Positions 48,431 through 59,690 of a stretch of 64,000 bases of DNA are shown here, piece after piece. How positions within the stretch are numbered: the first letter of the stretch is position 1; every line of letters begins with the position of its first letter. Under the pieces are notes generated by a model, which saw only the letters and a program-made list of their open reading frames with translations, had not been told where the DNA came from and ran no database searches. Source of the stretch: Bacillota bacterium (lineage in GTDB: Bacteria > Bacillota > Desulfotomaculia > Desulfotomaculales > UBA12532); assembly GCA_040751815.1 (NCBI GenBank), contig JBFMHQ010000003.1, positions 269 through 64,268 of the forward strand, written 5' to 3'. The translations under genes and the position numbers were made by a program.

Positions 48431-49311
48431 CCGCACGAACGGCCGTAATCGATATCGGCACTAACTCCACCCGCCTGCTGGTGGCGGATGTTGACGCCGC
48501 CGGACGACTGGCGGTGGTAAAAACCGCCCTGGCGACCACCCGGCTGGGTGAGGGGATGGCCGGGGGTGCGCTCACCCCGGCGGGCATGCGCCGCACGGTA
48601 GAAGCAATAGGAACGTTTCGCGCCGCGGCGGAGGCGCTGGAGGCCGGCAAGGTGGTGGCGGTGGCGACCAGCGCCGTACGGGAGGCGGCCAACCGGGCTG
48701 TTTTTCTGCGTCTTGCGCGGGAGTCCTGCGGCCTTGAAGTGCGGGTCCTGTCGGGCGAGGAGGAAGCGATTCTCAGCCGGCAGGGAGCCCTTGCGGGCCT
48801 GCCCGTAGACCCGGAGCGGGCGCTGGTGATTGATATCGGGGGTGGTAGCACCGAGTTCTGCTGGCAGGAGGAAGGGCGCCTCGGCTGGGCCAGCCTGCCC
48901 CTCGGGGCGGTGCGCCTGACGGAAGTGGAAATTGACGACGCCGCCCTGGCAGAGGCCCTGGAGCCGGTGCTTGGGGAGTTGCGCCGGCGCCCGCGGGACC
49001 CGGTCGGCGTCGGGGGGACCATCACCACCCTGGCGGCCATGGCCCAGAGGCTGGAAGTTTACGATCCCGCGCGGGTGCACGGGTATGTCCTTGCCCTGGA
49101 CGAGGTTGACCGCCTGCTGGCGCTACTCCTGGCGTCCACCCTGGAGGAGCGCCGGAGGCTGCCGGGGCTGCAGCCGGAAAGGGCGGACATTATTCCCGCG
49201 GGGGCACGTATCCTGAGGGCCGTCCTGCACGGCCTGGGGGCGCAGAGCATCCGCGTGAGCGAGTACGACCTCCTGCACGGCATCGCCCTTGAAGCTTCCC
49301 GGGCCCCATAA
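48427..49311 (+). CDS. Ppx/GppA-family phosphatase
   Basis: IDIGTNS.RL, ATSAVREA.N, DIGGGSTE, RADII.AG. Confidence 0.93.
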   Translation: MTARTAVIDIGTNSTRLLVADVDAAGRLAVVKTALATTRLGEGMAGGALTPAGMRRTVEAIGTFRAAAEALEAGKVVAVATSAVREAANRAVFLRLARESCGLEVRVLSGEEEAILSRQGALAGLPVDPERALVIDIGGGSTEFCWQEEGRLGWASLPLGAVRLTEVEIDDAALAEALEPVLGELRRRPRDPVGVGGTITTLAAMAQRLEVYDPARVHGYVLALDEVDRLLALLLASTLEERRRLPGLQPERADIIPAGARILRAVLHGLGAQSIRVSEYDLLHGIALEASRAP

Positions 49312-49467
49312 CCTTCTTGAATTCATCCACCCATATTCGCCCCGCCGGTACTTACGGGCGCGCGTAATCTTGTCCGGATGCGCCGGAAGGTACCGGACAC
49401 AACTCCTTCCCGCCGGTGTCGTTCTCCCCGGCGGGCCGCGCAGTCACCCGGATAAGCTCCTGCGGGA

Positions 49468-49533
49468 TGTCGAAACAAAATATGTAACTCCTGCCTGTAT
49501 TTGACAAACCTCACCCCTCCGGCGTAATATAAT
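49468..49533 (+). promoter_or_regulatory. Spo0A-activated spoIIE-type promoter
   Basis: TGTCGAA at 49468-49474; TTGACA-21-TATAAT at 49501-49533. Confidence 0.7.
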
Positions 49534-49560
49534 AAGGTGCAGGAAGACGGGGGTGGAAGA

Positions 49561-52014
49561 TTGTCCTGGCAGGTAGGGATATGCGCGCAGGAGCGGCGGA
49601 AGGCCGGGTGGCAGCCCCCCGTTTCGCGGCACGCCGCGCGGCAGGTTCCGGGGAGGAACGGAAGACGGGTTCCGCGACAGGCTGCCCGGAGGGAGTTTCC
49701 CCTCGCCGGCCTTGCCCGCGCCTTCACCCTGGAACTTGCCGCCCTTATGGGGGTGGGGTTTTTCCTCGGGCGCGCCGTCCTGCTGGGAGAAATCGCTCCC
49801 TTCGGCTCCGCCTTCGGCGCGGCGGCGGTCTTCGTGCACGGCCCGCGCGGCTGGCTTGCCCTGGCGGCGTGCCTTGCCGGGGAGGCCACGGTGCTCCAGG
49901 GTACGAACCTGGCGGGGAGCATGCTGGCCACCATCGGGGCGGCCATAATCCTGCGACTCTTGCCCGGCGAGGCGAGGCAGGCCCGGCTGGCCCTGCCGCC
50001 GGTAGTTGCTGCCATGAGCGTGGCCACCAAGATTACCCTCCTGGCCTTTGCCGGCCCCACCCTGTACGGCTATGTAGCGGTGCTCTTTGAGGCGGCGCTG
50101 GCCGCGGCCCTGGCCTACATTCTGGTTAACGCCCTGGCCACGCGGGGCCACCCCCTGGCGGGCGAAGAGTTCTTCTGCCTCCTGGTGCTGGTGGCGGGGC
50201 TGGTCGCCGGCACCGGGGAATTGCGTTGGTCCATAGTCTCCCTGAAAGGCGTTCTTTCCCGGGCCTTTGTGCTCCTGGCAGCCCTTGTCGGCGGGGGCGG
50301 GCTCGGGGCCGCCGGGGGCGCGGTGATGGGTATCATCCCGGGGGTCAGCGGCGCGGGGGTGCCCGCGACCATAGGTGTGTATTCCTTTGCCGGTTTCGCG
50401 GCGGGCCTTCTGCGGCGCTTCGGGAAGGTCGGGGTGATGCTGGGTTTCGTCCTCGGCAACATTCTCCTGGCCCTTTACATCAAGGACTACCACAATCTGG
50501 CCGGTGTCCTGGCCGAAACCGGCCTGGCCGTAGCGCTGGCGGCGGCGGTGCCGGGCCGCTGGCTGGAGAGGCTCCAGGGCCTGCTTCCCGCCGGGGCCCT
50601 GGGTGCCGAAATCGGGGAGAAGAAAGTAAAGGACGTGGTGCGCCAGCGCATGCGGGGCTGGGCGCGTATGTTCGCCGAACTCTCGCGCACCTTCGCCGAG
50701 GTTTCCACCTCTACCGCGGAAAGCGACGAGGACAAGACCCTGCAGGAATTGCTGCACGAGATCGGAGAGCGCATCTGTTCCGGTTGCGCCCTTTACCGCG
50801 CCTGCTGGGAGCGCGACTTCTACAGGACCTACCAGGATTTTCTCGGCACCCTGGCCTACGTCGAGCAGCGGGGCGGCATAAACCCGCAGCAGTTCCCCTC
50901 CCACCTGCGGAAGCGCTGTCTCCGCCTCAAGGAGATGGCCGTCGCCCTCACCTGCCTTTGCGAAACCTACCGCCTTAACCGCTACTGGTACCGCCGGTTG
51001 CAGGAAAGCCGGGAGATCGTGGCCGAGCACCTGCGGGGTGTGGCCACCATTATGGAGAACCTCTCCGAGGAACTCGTTAACACGGTGGACTACGCGGGGC
51101 GGTTCGACGAGACCCTGCGCCGGCGCCTGAAGCACCTGGACATCCCCGTTGCCTCCGTGGAGGTGGCGCCCCGGGAAGACGGGCGGCTGGAAGTCACCAT
51201 CGAGCGGCCTCCTTGCCAGGGCGAGCAGGCCTGCCGGTACATGGTCGCGCCCCTGGTTTCCCGGCTGGCCAGGCAGCCGTTCACGGTGGTCGAGGCCAGG
51301 TGCCCCCGTGAGGGGGAGGGGGGCAACTGCACCTTCAGGCTGCACCCGGCGCACCGCTACCAGGTCACCGTGGGTGCGGCCCGGGCGGCCAAGGGGGGCG
51401 ACCCCGTCTCGGGTGACAGCTATACCTACCTGCAGTTGAAGGACGGGCGGTTTGTGGTCATCCTGAGCGACGGCATGGGGGCGGGGGCGCGGGCGGCGCT
51501 GGAATCGAACACCACCGTCTCCCTTCTGGAACACATGTTCGGCTCGGGCTTCGGCCAGGACCTGGCCATCAAGACGGTCAACGCCATCCTCCTGCTGCGC
51601 AAGCCGGACGAGAGCTTCGCCACGGTGGACATCACCGTTATCGATCTTTACAGCGGGCGGGCGGAATTCGTGAAGATCGGCGCGGCGCCCAGTTTCCTCC
51701 TCCGGGGGGCGGGCGTGCGGGTGATCCGCGCCAATTCCCTCCCCGTCGGGATCGTGCGGGACATCGAAGTCACCTCCGTAGTGAAGCACCTGGCGCCGCA
51801 GGATACCGTGGTCATGGTGACCGACGGCGTCCTGGAATGCTACCCGGGCGTTGATAAAGAGGCCTGGCTGGCCCGGCTGCTCCAGGAATTGCCGCAGGGC
51901 GAGCCCCGGCACCTGGCCACCCTGGTCCTCGAAAAGGCCCGCGAAGCGGCCGGCGGCGCCATCCCCGACGACATGACCGTCCTTGTGGCCCGCTTTGCCA
52001 GGGCCGGAAATTAA
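49561..52014 (+). CDS. spoIIE: Stage II sporulation phosphatase SpoIIE
   Basis: Multi-TM N-terminus, C..C....CW region, PP2C motifs SGDSY, SDGMG.G, TDGV, DDMTV; start uncertain. Confidence 0.96.
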   Translation: MSWQVGICAQERRKAGWQPPVSRHAARQVPGRNGRRVPRQAARREFPLAGLARAFTLELAALMGVGFFLGRAVLLGEIAPFGSAFGAAAVFVHGPRGWLALAACLAGEATVLQGTNLAGSMLATIGAAIILRLLPGEARQARLALPPVVAAMSVATKITLLAFAGPTLYGYVAVLFEAALAAALAYILVNALATRGHPLAGEEFFCLLVLVAGLVAGTGELRWSIVSLKGVLSRAFVLLAALVGGGGLGAAGGAVMGIIPGVSGAGVPATIGVYSFAGFAAGLLRRFGKVGVMLGFVLGNILLALYIKDYHNLAGVLAETGLAVALAAAVPGRWLERLQGLLPAGALGAEIGEKKVKDVVRQRMRGWARMFAELSRTFAEVSTSTAESDEDKTLQELLHEIGERICSGCALYRACWERDFYRTYQDFLGTLAYVEQRGGINPQQFPSHLRKRCLRLKEMAVALTCLCETYRLNRYWYRRLQESREIVAEHLRGVATIMENLSEELVNTVDYAGRFDETLRRRLKHLDIPVASVEVAPREDGRLEVTIERPPCQGEQACRYMVAPLVSRLARQPFTVVEARCPREGEGGNCTFRLHPAHRYQVTVGAARAAKGGDPVSGDSYTYLQLKDGRFVVILSDGMGAGARAALESNTTVSLLEHMFGSGFGQDLAIKTVNAILLLRKPDESFATVDITVIDLYSGRAEFVKIGAAPSFLLRGAGVRVIRANSLPVGIVRDIEVTSVVKHLAPQDTVVMVTDGVLECYPGVDKEAWLARLLQELPQGEPRHLATLVLEKAREAAGGAIPDDMTVLVARFARAGN

Positions 52015-52056
52015 GGCGGCCGCGCGCGACCGGCCCCGATTGCCGGCGGCGCGGCG

Positions 52057-52284
52057 GGGGCCTCCCTCCCACCTCCCGCCTCTCACATCTCACCTCTCAC
52101 TTTACAGGGAAGGCAGGGCACGTCGAATTCCTTCTCGGGGTACGGGCGTGGGCCTCCCTCCCACCTCCTGCCTCCCACATCTCACCTCTCGCTTTACAGG
52201 GAAGGCGGGACGCGCGTCGAATTCCTCTCCCGAGGCGCGGCGTGGGCCTCCCTCCCACCTCCCGCCTCTCACATCTCACCTCTC
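52057..52284 (+). repeat. Three tandem copies of a ~92-94-bp unit with heptamer (CTCACCT/CCCACCT) core
   Basis: CCTCCCTCCCACCTCC.GCCTC.CACATCTCACCTCTC at 52061, 52153 and 52247. Confidence 0.85.
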
Positions 52285-52301
52285 ATTTGCGGGGTGTTTT
52301 C

Positions 52302-53705
52302 TTGGATCTTTTACCTGTGATGCGTGAGAACCTGCGCCGGTATGCCATGGTGGCTCCCGGGGACGGGGTGGTGGCCGGCGTCTCGGGCGGACCCGATTCG
52401 GTGGCGCTTCTCGATCTCCTTTTCCGCCTGCGGGAGGAGTTTAACCTCCGGTTGACCGTCGCCCACCTGAACCACATGCTGCGCGGGCGGGAGGCCGAGG
52501 AGGACGCGGCCTTCGTCGCGGGATTGGCGGCCCGGTACGGGCTGCCCTTCACCGGCGAACGGGTGGATGTCAGGGCCTACCGGGCCGTCCACGGCGGGTC
52601 CCTGGAAGAGGCGGCCCGGGAGGTGCGTTACGCCTTCTTCGCGCGGGTGGCCGGGGAAACGGGCGCGGCGCGGGTAGCGCTGGGGCACAACGCCGACGAC
52701 CAGGCCGGGACGGTCCTTTTCCATTTCCTCAGAGGAACGGGACCGGCGGGGCTCAAGGGCATCCCGCCGGTGCGCGGCCTTTTCATCCGGCCCCTCCTGA
52801 CCGTGCGGCGGGCGGCCATCGAAGCCTACCTGGCGGAGCGCGGCCTCACGGCGCGGCTCGACCGCTCGAACCTGGCGCCTTTCTATACCCGGAACCGCAT
52901 CAGGCTTTTCCTGCTCCCCCTTCTGGAACGGGAGTACAATCCCCGCCTCGTGGAGGCCCTCGCGCGGCTGGCAGAAGTCTGCCGGGAGGAGGACGCCTAC
53001 CTCGACGACCTGGCCGCCGCGGCCCTGGAAGGGGCGCGCCTCGAGGGCGGGGAGGGCGAGGTGCGGCTGGCGGCGGACAGGGTTGCCGGCCTCCCCCCGG
53101 CGCTGCGGCGGCGCGTCGTCAGGCTGGCCTGGCGGGAGGTGGCAGCGGACGAGCACCCGCCGGATTATCCGGCTGTGGCGCGGGTGCTGGACCTCCTTGA
53201 ACGGCCGGCGGGGGGCCGGCGGGTGCCCCTGCCGCGGCGCGTCTGGGCGGAGAAGGCCCACGGGGCGCTGGTTTTCACCGCCCACCGCGAAGCACCGGCT
53301 CCGGCCTTCGCGCGGCCCCTGGAGGTGCCGGGGGCTACCCCCATCCCGGAGACCGGGATGATCGTGGAAAGCCGCCTCGAACCCTGGGACGGGCAACTCG
53401 ACCTGCGCGCCCTGCCCCCCACGGAGGCGGTTCTGGACGCCGACCGCCTGGCCTTTCCCCTTACCCTGCGCTCCCGGCGCCGCGGCGACCGCTTCCACCC
53501 CCTCGGTGCCCCGGGGAAGACCAGGCTCAAAAAGTTTCTCATTGCTGCCGGGATTCCGCGGGAGCGGCGGGACCGCCTCCCCCTGGTGGTGGATGCCGAT
53601 GGCGAGATCGTCTGGGTGGCCGGGGTGCGCCCGGCAGAAACCGTCCGGGTGCGGGAGGGCACACGGCGGGTCCTGCACCTGCGCCTTGCCCAGCACCGGG
53701 ATTGA
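52302..53705 (+). CDS. tilS: tRNA(Ile)-lysidine synthetase
   Basis: SGGPDS.ALL, H.NH.LRG, GHNADDQ, RNRIR, C-terminal TilS domain. Confidence 0.96.
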   Translation: MDLLPVMRENLRRYAMVAPGDGVVAGVSGGPDSVALLDLLFRLREEFNLRLTVAHLNHMLRGREAEEDAAFVAGLAARYGLPFTGERVDVRAYRAVHGGSLEEAAREVRYAFFARVAGETGAARVALGHNADDQAGTVLFHFLRGTGPAGLKGIPPVRGLFIRPLLTVRRAAIEAYLAERGLTARLDRSNLAPFYTRNRIRLFLLPLLEREYNPRLVEALARLAEVCREEDAYLDDLAAAALEGARLEGGEGEVRLAADRVAGLPPALRRRVVRLAWREVAADEHPPDYPAVARVLDLLERPAGGRRVPLPRRVWAEKAHGALVFTAHREAPAPAFARPLEVPGATPIPETGMIVESRLEPWDGQLDLRALPPTEAVLDADRLAFPLTLRSRRRGDRFHPLGAPGKTRLKKFLIAAGIPRERRDRLPLVVDADGEIVWVAGVRPAETVRVREGTRRVLHLRLAQHRD

Positions 53706-53931
53706 GCGCCGTGGGGCCGCCGCACCGGCGCGGGGAGGGTCGGGAGGGCGAGGGCGGCGGCCACCGTGCCGCGCGGGAGCGCCCGGGCATCCCGGCCGGC
53801 CGGAGGCTTGGGCACGCCGCCGGGCGCGCGGTGACAACTCTTTGCTGGGGTTTGTATTAAATTGAAAGCGGCAATAAAATGTGATATAATACGCCTGTTG
53901 TCGGTTAACTAGCGGAGCAAACGGGCAAGGA

Positions 53932-55785
<1,854 letters not shown>

Positions 55786-55789
55786 ATCC

Positions 55790-56239
55790 TTGGAAAGAAC
55801 CTTTATCATGGTCAAACCCGACGGCGTGCAGCGCGGCCTGGTGGGCGAGATCCTGGGGCGGTTCGAGCGCAAGGGATACAAGCTTGTCGCCCTCAAGATG
55901 CTCCGCATTCCCCGCGAGCTGGCGGAGCAGCACTACGGCGAGCACCGGGACAAGCCTTTCTTCGCGGGCCTGGTCTCCTTCATCACCTCCGGCCCCGTAG
56001 TGGCCGCCGTGCTGGAAGGCCGGGGGGTCATTGCCGGGGTGCGGGAGATGATGGGGCCGACCGACCCGGCCAAGGCACCTCCGGGCACCATCCGGGGCGA
56101 CTTCGGCCTGGACGTGGGGCGCAACGTTATCCACGGCTCCGACGGCCCGGAGAGCGCGGCCAGGGAAATCGCCCTTTTCTTCGCGCCCGGGGAGCTCCTC
56201 GCCTGGCCGCGGGCCCTCGACGCCTGGCTCTACGAATAG
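55790..56239 (+). CDS. ndk: Nucleoside diphosphate kinase
   Basis: [23 protein letters not shown]. Confidence 0.97.
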   Translation: MERTFIMVKPDGVQRGLVGEILGRFERKGYKLVALKMLRIPRELAEQHYGEHRDKPFFAGLVSFITSGPVVAAVLEGRGVIAGVREMMGPTDPAKAPPGTIRGDFGLDVGRNVIHGSDGPESAAREIALFFAPGELLAWPRALDAWLYE

Positions 56240-56326
56240 CCTGAAGCAGGCGGTTTTTTGCCCGGATGGGGGCATGCCCTGCGCGCCCAAAGATCCTGAT
56301 CCTGTGCGACTGCCCGGGAGGTAGTA

Positions 56327-58030
56327 ATGCGCGACGTACCGGACGACCTGACCATCGCCCGCAACCACAGGCTCCTGCCCATCGTGCAGGTGGCCGAGCA
56401 GATCGGTTTGACGGAAGAGGATATCGAGTGCTACGGCAGGTATAAGGCCAAGATCGAGCTGCACGTTCTGGAGAAGCTGCGGGACCGCCCCCAGGGCAGG
56501 CTGATAGACGTAACGGCCATCACCCCCACGCCGCTGGGGGAAGGGAAGACGGTTACCACCATCGGCCTTACCCAGGCCCTGGGGAGGCTGGGCAAGAAGG
56601 TCGTCTGCACCCTGCGCCAGCCCTCCATGGCGCCGGTCTTCGGTATCAAGGGCGGCGCGGCGGGGGGCGGGTACGCGCAGGTGGTCCCCATGGAGGACCT
56701 CAACATCCACTTCACCGGCGACATCCATGCCGTCGGCCAGGCGCACAACCTCCTGGCCGCCATGATCGACGCCTCCATCCTTCACGGCAACCCGCTGGAT
56801 ATAGATCCCCTGAGCGTTTTCTGGCCGCGGGTCGTGGACGTCAACGACCGCGCCCTCCGGCGCGTGGTGACGGGGCTCGGCGGCCGCGAAAACGGCATTC
56901 CCCGCGAGGCCGGGTTCGAGGTCACGGCGGCCTCGGAGGTGATGGCCATCCTGGCCCTGGCCACCGGGCTGGCCGACCTGCGGCGCCGCCTGGGGCGGAT
57001 CGTGGTGGGGTATAACCGCGCCGGGGAACCGGTCACCGCCGAGGCGCTGCGGGCCGCCGGGGCCATGGCCGTGATCCTGAAGCAGGCCGTAAAGCCCAAC
57101 CTCATCCAGACGCTGGAGGGCCAGCCTTGCATCATGCATGCGGGGCCCTTCGCCAACATCGCCCACGGCCAGTCCTCGGTCCTGGCCGACCTGATCGCCC
57201 TGCGGACGGCCGATTACGTGGTTACCGAGAGCGGTTTTGGCGCGGACCTGGGGATGCAGAAGTTTATGGACATCAAGTGCCGGCTGGCGGGTCTCTGCCC
57301 CTCGTGCGTGGTCATCACCTGCACCGTCCGGGCCCTGAAGATGCACGGCGGCGCGGGCAGGGTAGTCCCCGGCCGGGCGCTGCCCGAGGAACTCCGGCGG
57401 GAGAACGTGGCCGCGGTGGCGCGGGGCAGCGCCAACCTGGCGCACATGATCGGCCTGGCGCGCCTTTACGGCGTGCCTGCGGTGGTGGCCATCAACCGCT
57501 TTCCCGGTGATACGGAGGCCGAGATCGAGGTCATCCGCGCGCAAGCCCTGGAAGCGGGAGCGCGCGACGCCGTCCCCGTTACGGTCTGGGCCGACGGCGG
57601 CGCGGGGGGCCTGGAACTGGCCGAGGCGGTGCTGCGGGCCTGCGAAGAACCGGTATCCTTCCGTTTTCTTTACCCGGACAACCTGGGGATTAAGGAGAAA
57701 ATCGAAATCATGGCGCGCAAGGTGTACAACGCCGCCGCCGTGCGGTACGAGCCGGCGGCCGAAAGGGCCATCGAACGGTACGAGAAACTCGGCTGGTCAA
57801 GGCTGCCGCTCTGCATGGCCAAGACCCACCTTTCCCTTTCGCACGATCCGGACCTTAAGAACGTGCCGCGGGACTATGTGTTTCCCATCCGGGACGTGCG
57901 CGTTGCCGCCGGCGCCGGATTTCTTTACCCCCTCGCGGGGGCGATTACGACCATGCCGGGTCTGCCGTCGCGGCCCGCCGCCTTCGGCGTGGACATAGAC
58001 GAGGATGGCAATACCGTGGGGTTGTTTTAG
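56327..58030 (+). CDS. fhs: Formate-tetrahydrofolate ligase
   Basis: TPTPLGEGKT, GIKGGAAGGGYAQ, GPFANIAHG, MPGLP. Confidence 0.97.
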   Translation: MRDVPDDLTIARNHRLLPIVQVAEQIGLTEEDIECYGRYKAKIELHVLEKLRDRPQGRLIDVTAITPTPLGEGKTVTTIGLTQALGRLGKKVVCTLRQPSMAPVFGIKGGAAGGGYAQVVPMEDLNIHFTGDIHAVGQAHNLLAAMIDASILHGNPLDIDPLSVFWPRVVDVNDRALRRVVTGLGGRENGIPREAGFEVTAASEVMAILALATGLADLRRRLGRIVVGYNRAGEPVTAEALRAAGAMAVILKQAVKPNLIQTLEGQPCIMHAGPFANIAHGQSSVLADLIALRTADYVVTESGFGADLGMQKFMDIKCRLAGLCPSCVVITCTVRALKMHGGAGRVVPGRALPEELRRENVAAVARGSANLAHMIGLARLYGVPAVVAINRFPGDTEAEIEVIRAQALEAGARDAVPVTVWADGGAGGLELAEAVLRACEEPVSFRFLYPDNLGIKEKIEIMARKVYNAAAVRYEPAAERAIERYEKLGWSRLPLCMAKTHLSLSHDPDLKNVPRDYVFPIRDVRVAAGAGFLYPLAGAITTMPGLPSRPAAFGVDIDEDGNTVGLF

Positions 58031-58150
58031 CCGTTCACGGCCACCGGCAACCTTTGCCTGCCTTTTCAAGCCGGGGGCGGCTTCCCCGGGACGGCGGCCG
58101 TTATTGACCTATGCTCAGTTGGAATCTATAATGAAGGCCAGGGTGATAAC

Positions 58151-58600
58151 GTGGGGCGTCCTCCTAAATGCAGGCGTGTGGAATTTATGCCGCACTGTAC
58201 CTTTTTCAAACCGGCCGGTGTGCCCCTCTGCCACCTGGAGGAGGTGGCCCTCACCGTCGAGGAGGTCGAGGCGCTGCGGCTCAAGGACCTGGAAGGCCTC
58301 GAGCAGGAGGCCTGCGCCGAGCGTATGGGTATCTCGCGGCCGACCTTCCAGCGCATCTTAACCAGCGCGCGGGTCAAGCTAACAAAAGCCCTGGTGGAAG
58401 GGAAGGCCATCAGGGTCGAAGGAGGCCACTACGAGTTCGTCGCCCGCCTGTGGCGGTGCAACGAATGCGGGGCAGAGTGGGAGGTGCATCCGACCGAAAG
58501 AACGGACGAGCACTGCCCGGCCTGCGGCAGCCTGTGTATCGCGATGGCAGGCGCCGCCCATGGGCGCCGCCACAGGGGACGGCACGGAAATCACAGGTAA
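58151..58600 (+). CDS. DUF134-domain protein with C-terminal zinc ribbon
   Basis: RPPKCRRV..FKP.G..EEVEALRL.DLEGLEQE..A..MGISRPTF. Confidence 0.88.
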   Translation: MGRPPKCRRVEFMPHCTFFKPAGVPLCHLEEVALTVEEVEALRLKDLEGLEQEACAERMGISRPTFQRILTSARVKLTKALVEGKAIRVEGGHYEFVARLWRCNECGAEWEVHPTERTDEHCPACGSLCIAMAGAAHGRRHRGRHGNHR

Positions 58601-58623
58601 AAATTGGCGAGGTGAAAAGGATT

Positions 58624-59541
58624 ATGGCCGCAAACGAACACGAAAACACGGGCGGGTGCGCGCTCGCTGCAGATGGAAGGTGCCCGGGCGGCGCCACCTG
58701 CGGGCAGCCCGAGGCGGCGAGCTGCGGCGCGGCCCAGAAAGCGCCCCAGACCCTGCCCCAGAATGAGCTCTCCAACGTCAGGCGGGTCGTGGCCATCATG
58801 AGCGGCAAAGGGGGCGTCGGCAAGTCCTCGGTGACGGGGATGCTGGCGGTCACCCTCAAGCGCGCGGGTTACAAGGTAGGCATCCTGGACGCCGACCTGA
58901 CCGGGCCGAGCATCCCGAAAATCTTCGGCCTGCGTGAGCGCCCCGACCTGGCGCCGGGCGGGGAGCACATCGCCCCTGTGGAGAGCCGCCGCCTGGGTAT
59001 CGGCGTGATGTCCATCAACCTGATGCTGGACGAACCCGACGAACCGGTGATCTGGCGGGGCCCCATCATCGGCAGCGCCATCAAGCAGTTTTGGTCCGAC
59101 GTGGCCTGGGGGGACCTGGACTACCTCCTGGTGGACCTGCCGCCGGGGACCGGCGACGCGCCCCTCACCGTCATGCAGTCGCTGCCCGTCGACGGCCTCA
59201 TCGTGGTTTCCTTGCCCCAGGACCTGGCCGTGCTCATCGTAAAGAAAGCCATCCGCATGGCCCGGCTGATGCAGATCCCCATCCTGGGGCTCATCGAGAA
59301 CATGAGCTACGCCGTGTGCCCCGAATGCGGCACGCGCATGGAACTCTTCGGCCCGAGCCGCGCCGAGGAGGTGGCCCGGGAGACGGGCGTGCGGCTCCTT
59401 GCCCGGCTGCCCATCGACCCGCAGCTTTCCGACCTGTGCGACCGCGGCGAAATCGAAGCTTACGAGGCCAAGCCCCTGGCCGAGGTCCCGGCCTACCTTG
59501 AAGAAGCCCTGGCCGGGAGGCGGCGGGCTGCCGGAGCGTAG
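58624..59541 (+). CDS. Mrp/NBP35 (ApbC) Fe-S carrier ATPase
   Basis: SGKGGVGKS, WRGP, DLPPGTGD, ENMSY..CPEC. Confidence 0.95.
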   Translation: MAANEHENTGGCALAADGRCPGGATCGQPEAASCGAAQKAPQTLPQNELSNVRRVVAIMSGKGGVGKSSVTGMLAVTLKRAGYKVGILDADLTGPSIPKIFGLRERPDLAPGGEHIAPVESRRLGIGVMSINLMLDEPDEPVIWRGPIIGSAIKQFWSDVAWGDLDYLLVDLPPGTGDAPLTVMQSLPVDGLIVVSLPQDLAVLIVKKAIRMARLMQIPILGLIENMSYAVCPECGTRMELFGPSRAEEVARETGVRLLARLPIDPQLSDLCDRGEIEAYEAKPLAEVPAYLEEALAGRRRAAGA

Positions 59542-59690
59542 ACCGGGGCGCCGTGTATACCGATTTTTTTCCGGTTCTGCGCCCGAACCGTGGAGGCCGC
59601 AACCGGGCCCCCGCGGTTTTTTGTTTCCGGCCGCTTGCCCGTCCCGGCCCGGGGGTGCATAATGTTAACAAAAAGGCGCGGAGTGGCCGT

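Noticed and set aside
49444..52086. Long antisense ORFs (880 aa here; also opposite mfd, ftsH, fhs, glmU/prs and the oxidoreductase)
   Set aside because: Shadow frames expected from high-GC codon bias opposite well-supported genes; no recognisable motifs
52057..52284. Three repeats with ~52-bp spacers as a mini-CRISPR
   Set aside because: Spacers resemble each other, repeats are low-complexity and non-palindromic, and there are no cas genes
56240..56326. ZTP or THF riboswitch upstream of fhs
   Set aside because: Only a short GCGACTG resemblance; the interval is short and I cannot find the other conserved elements
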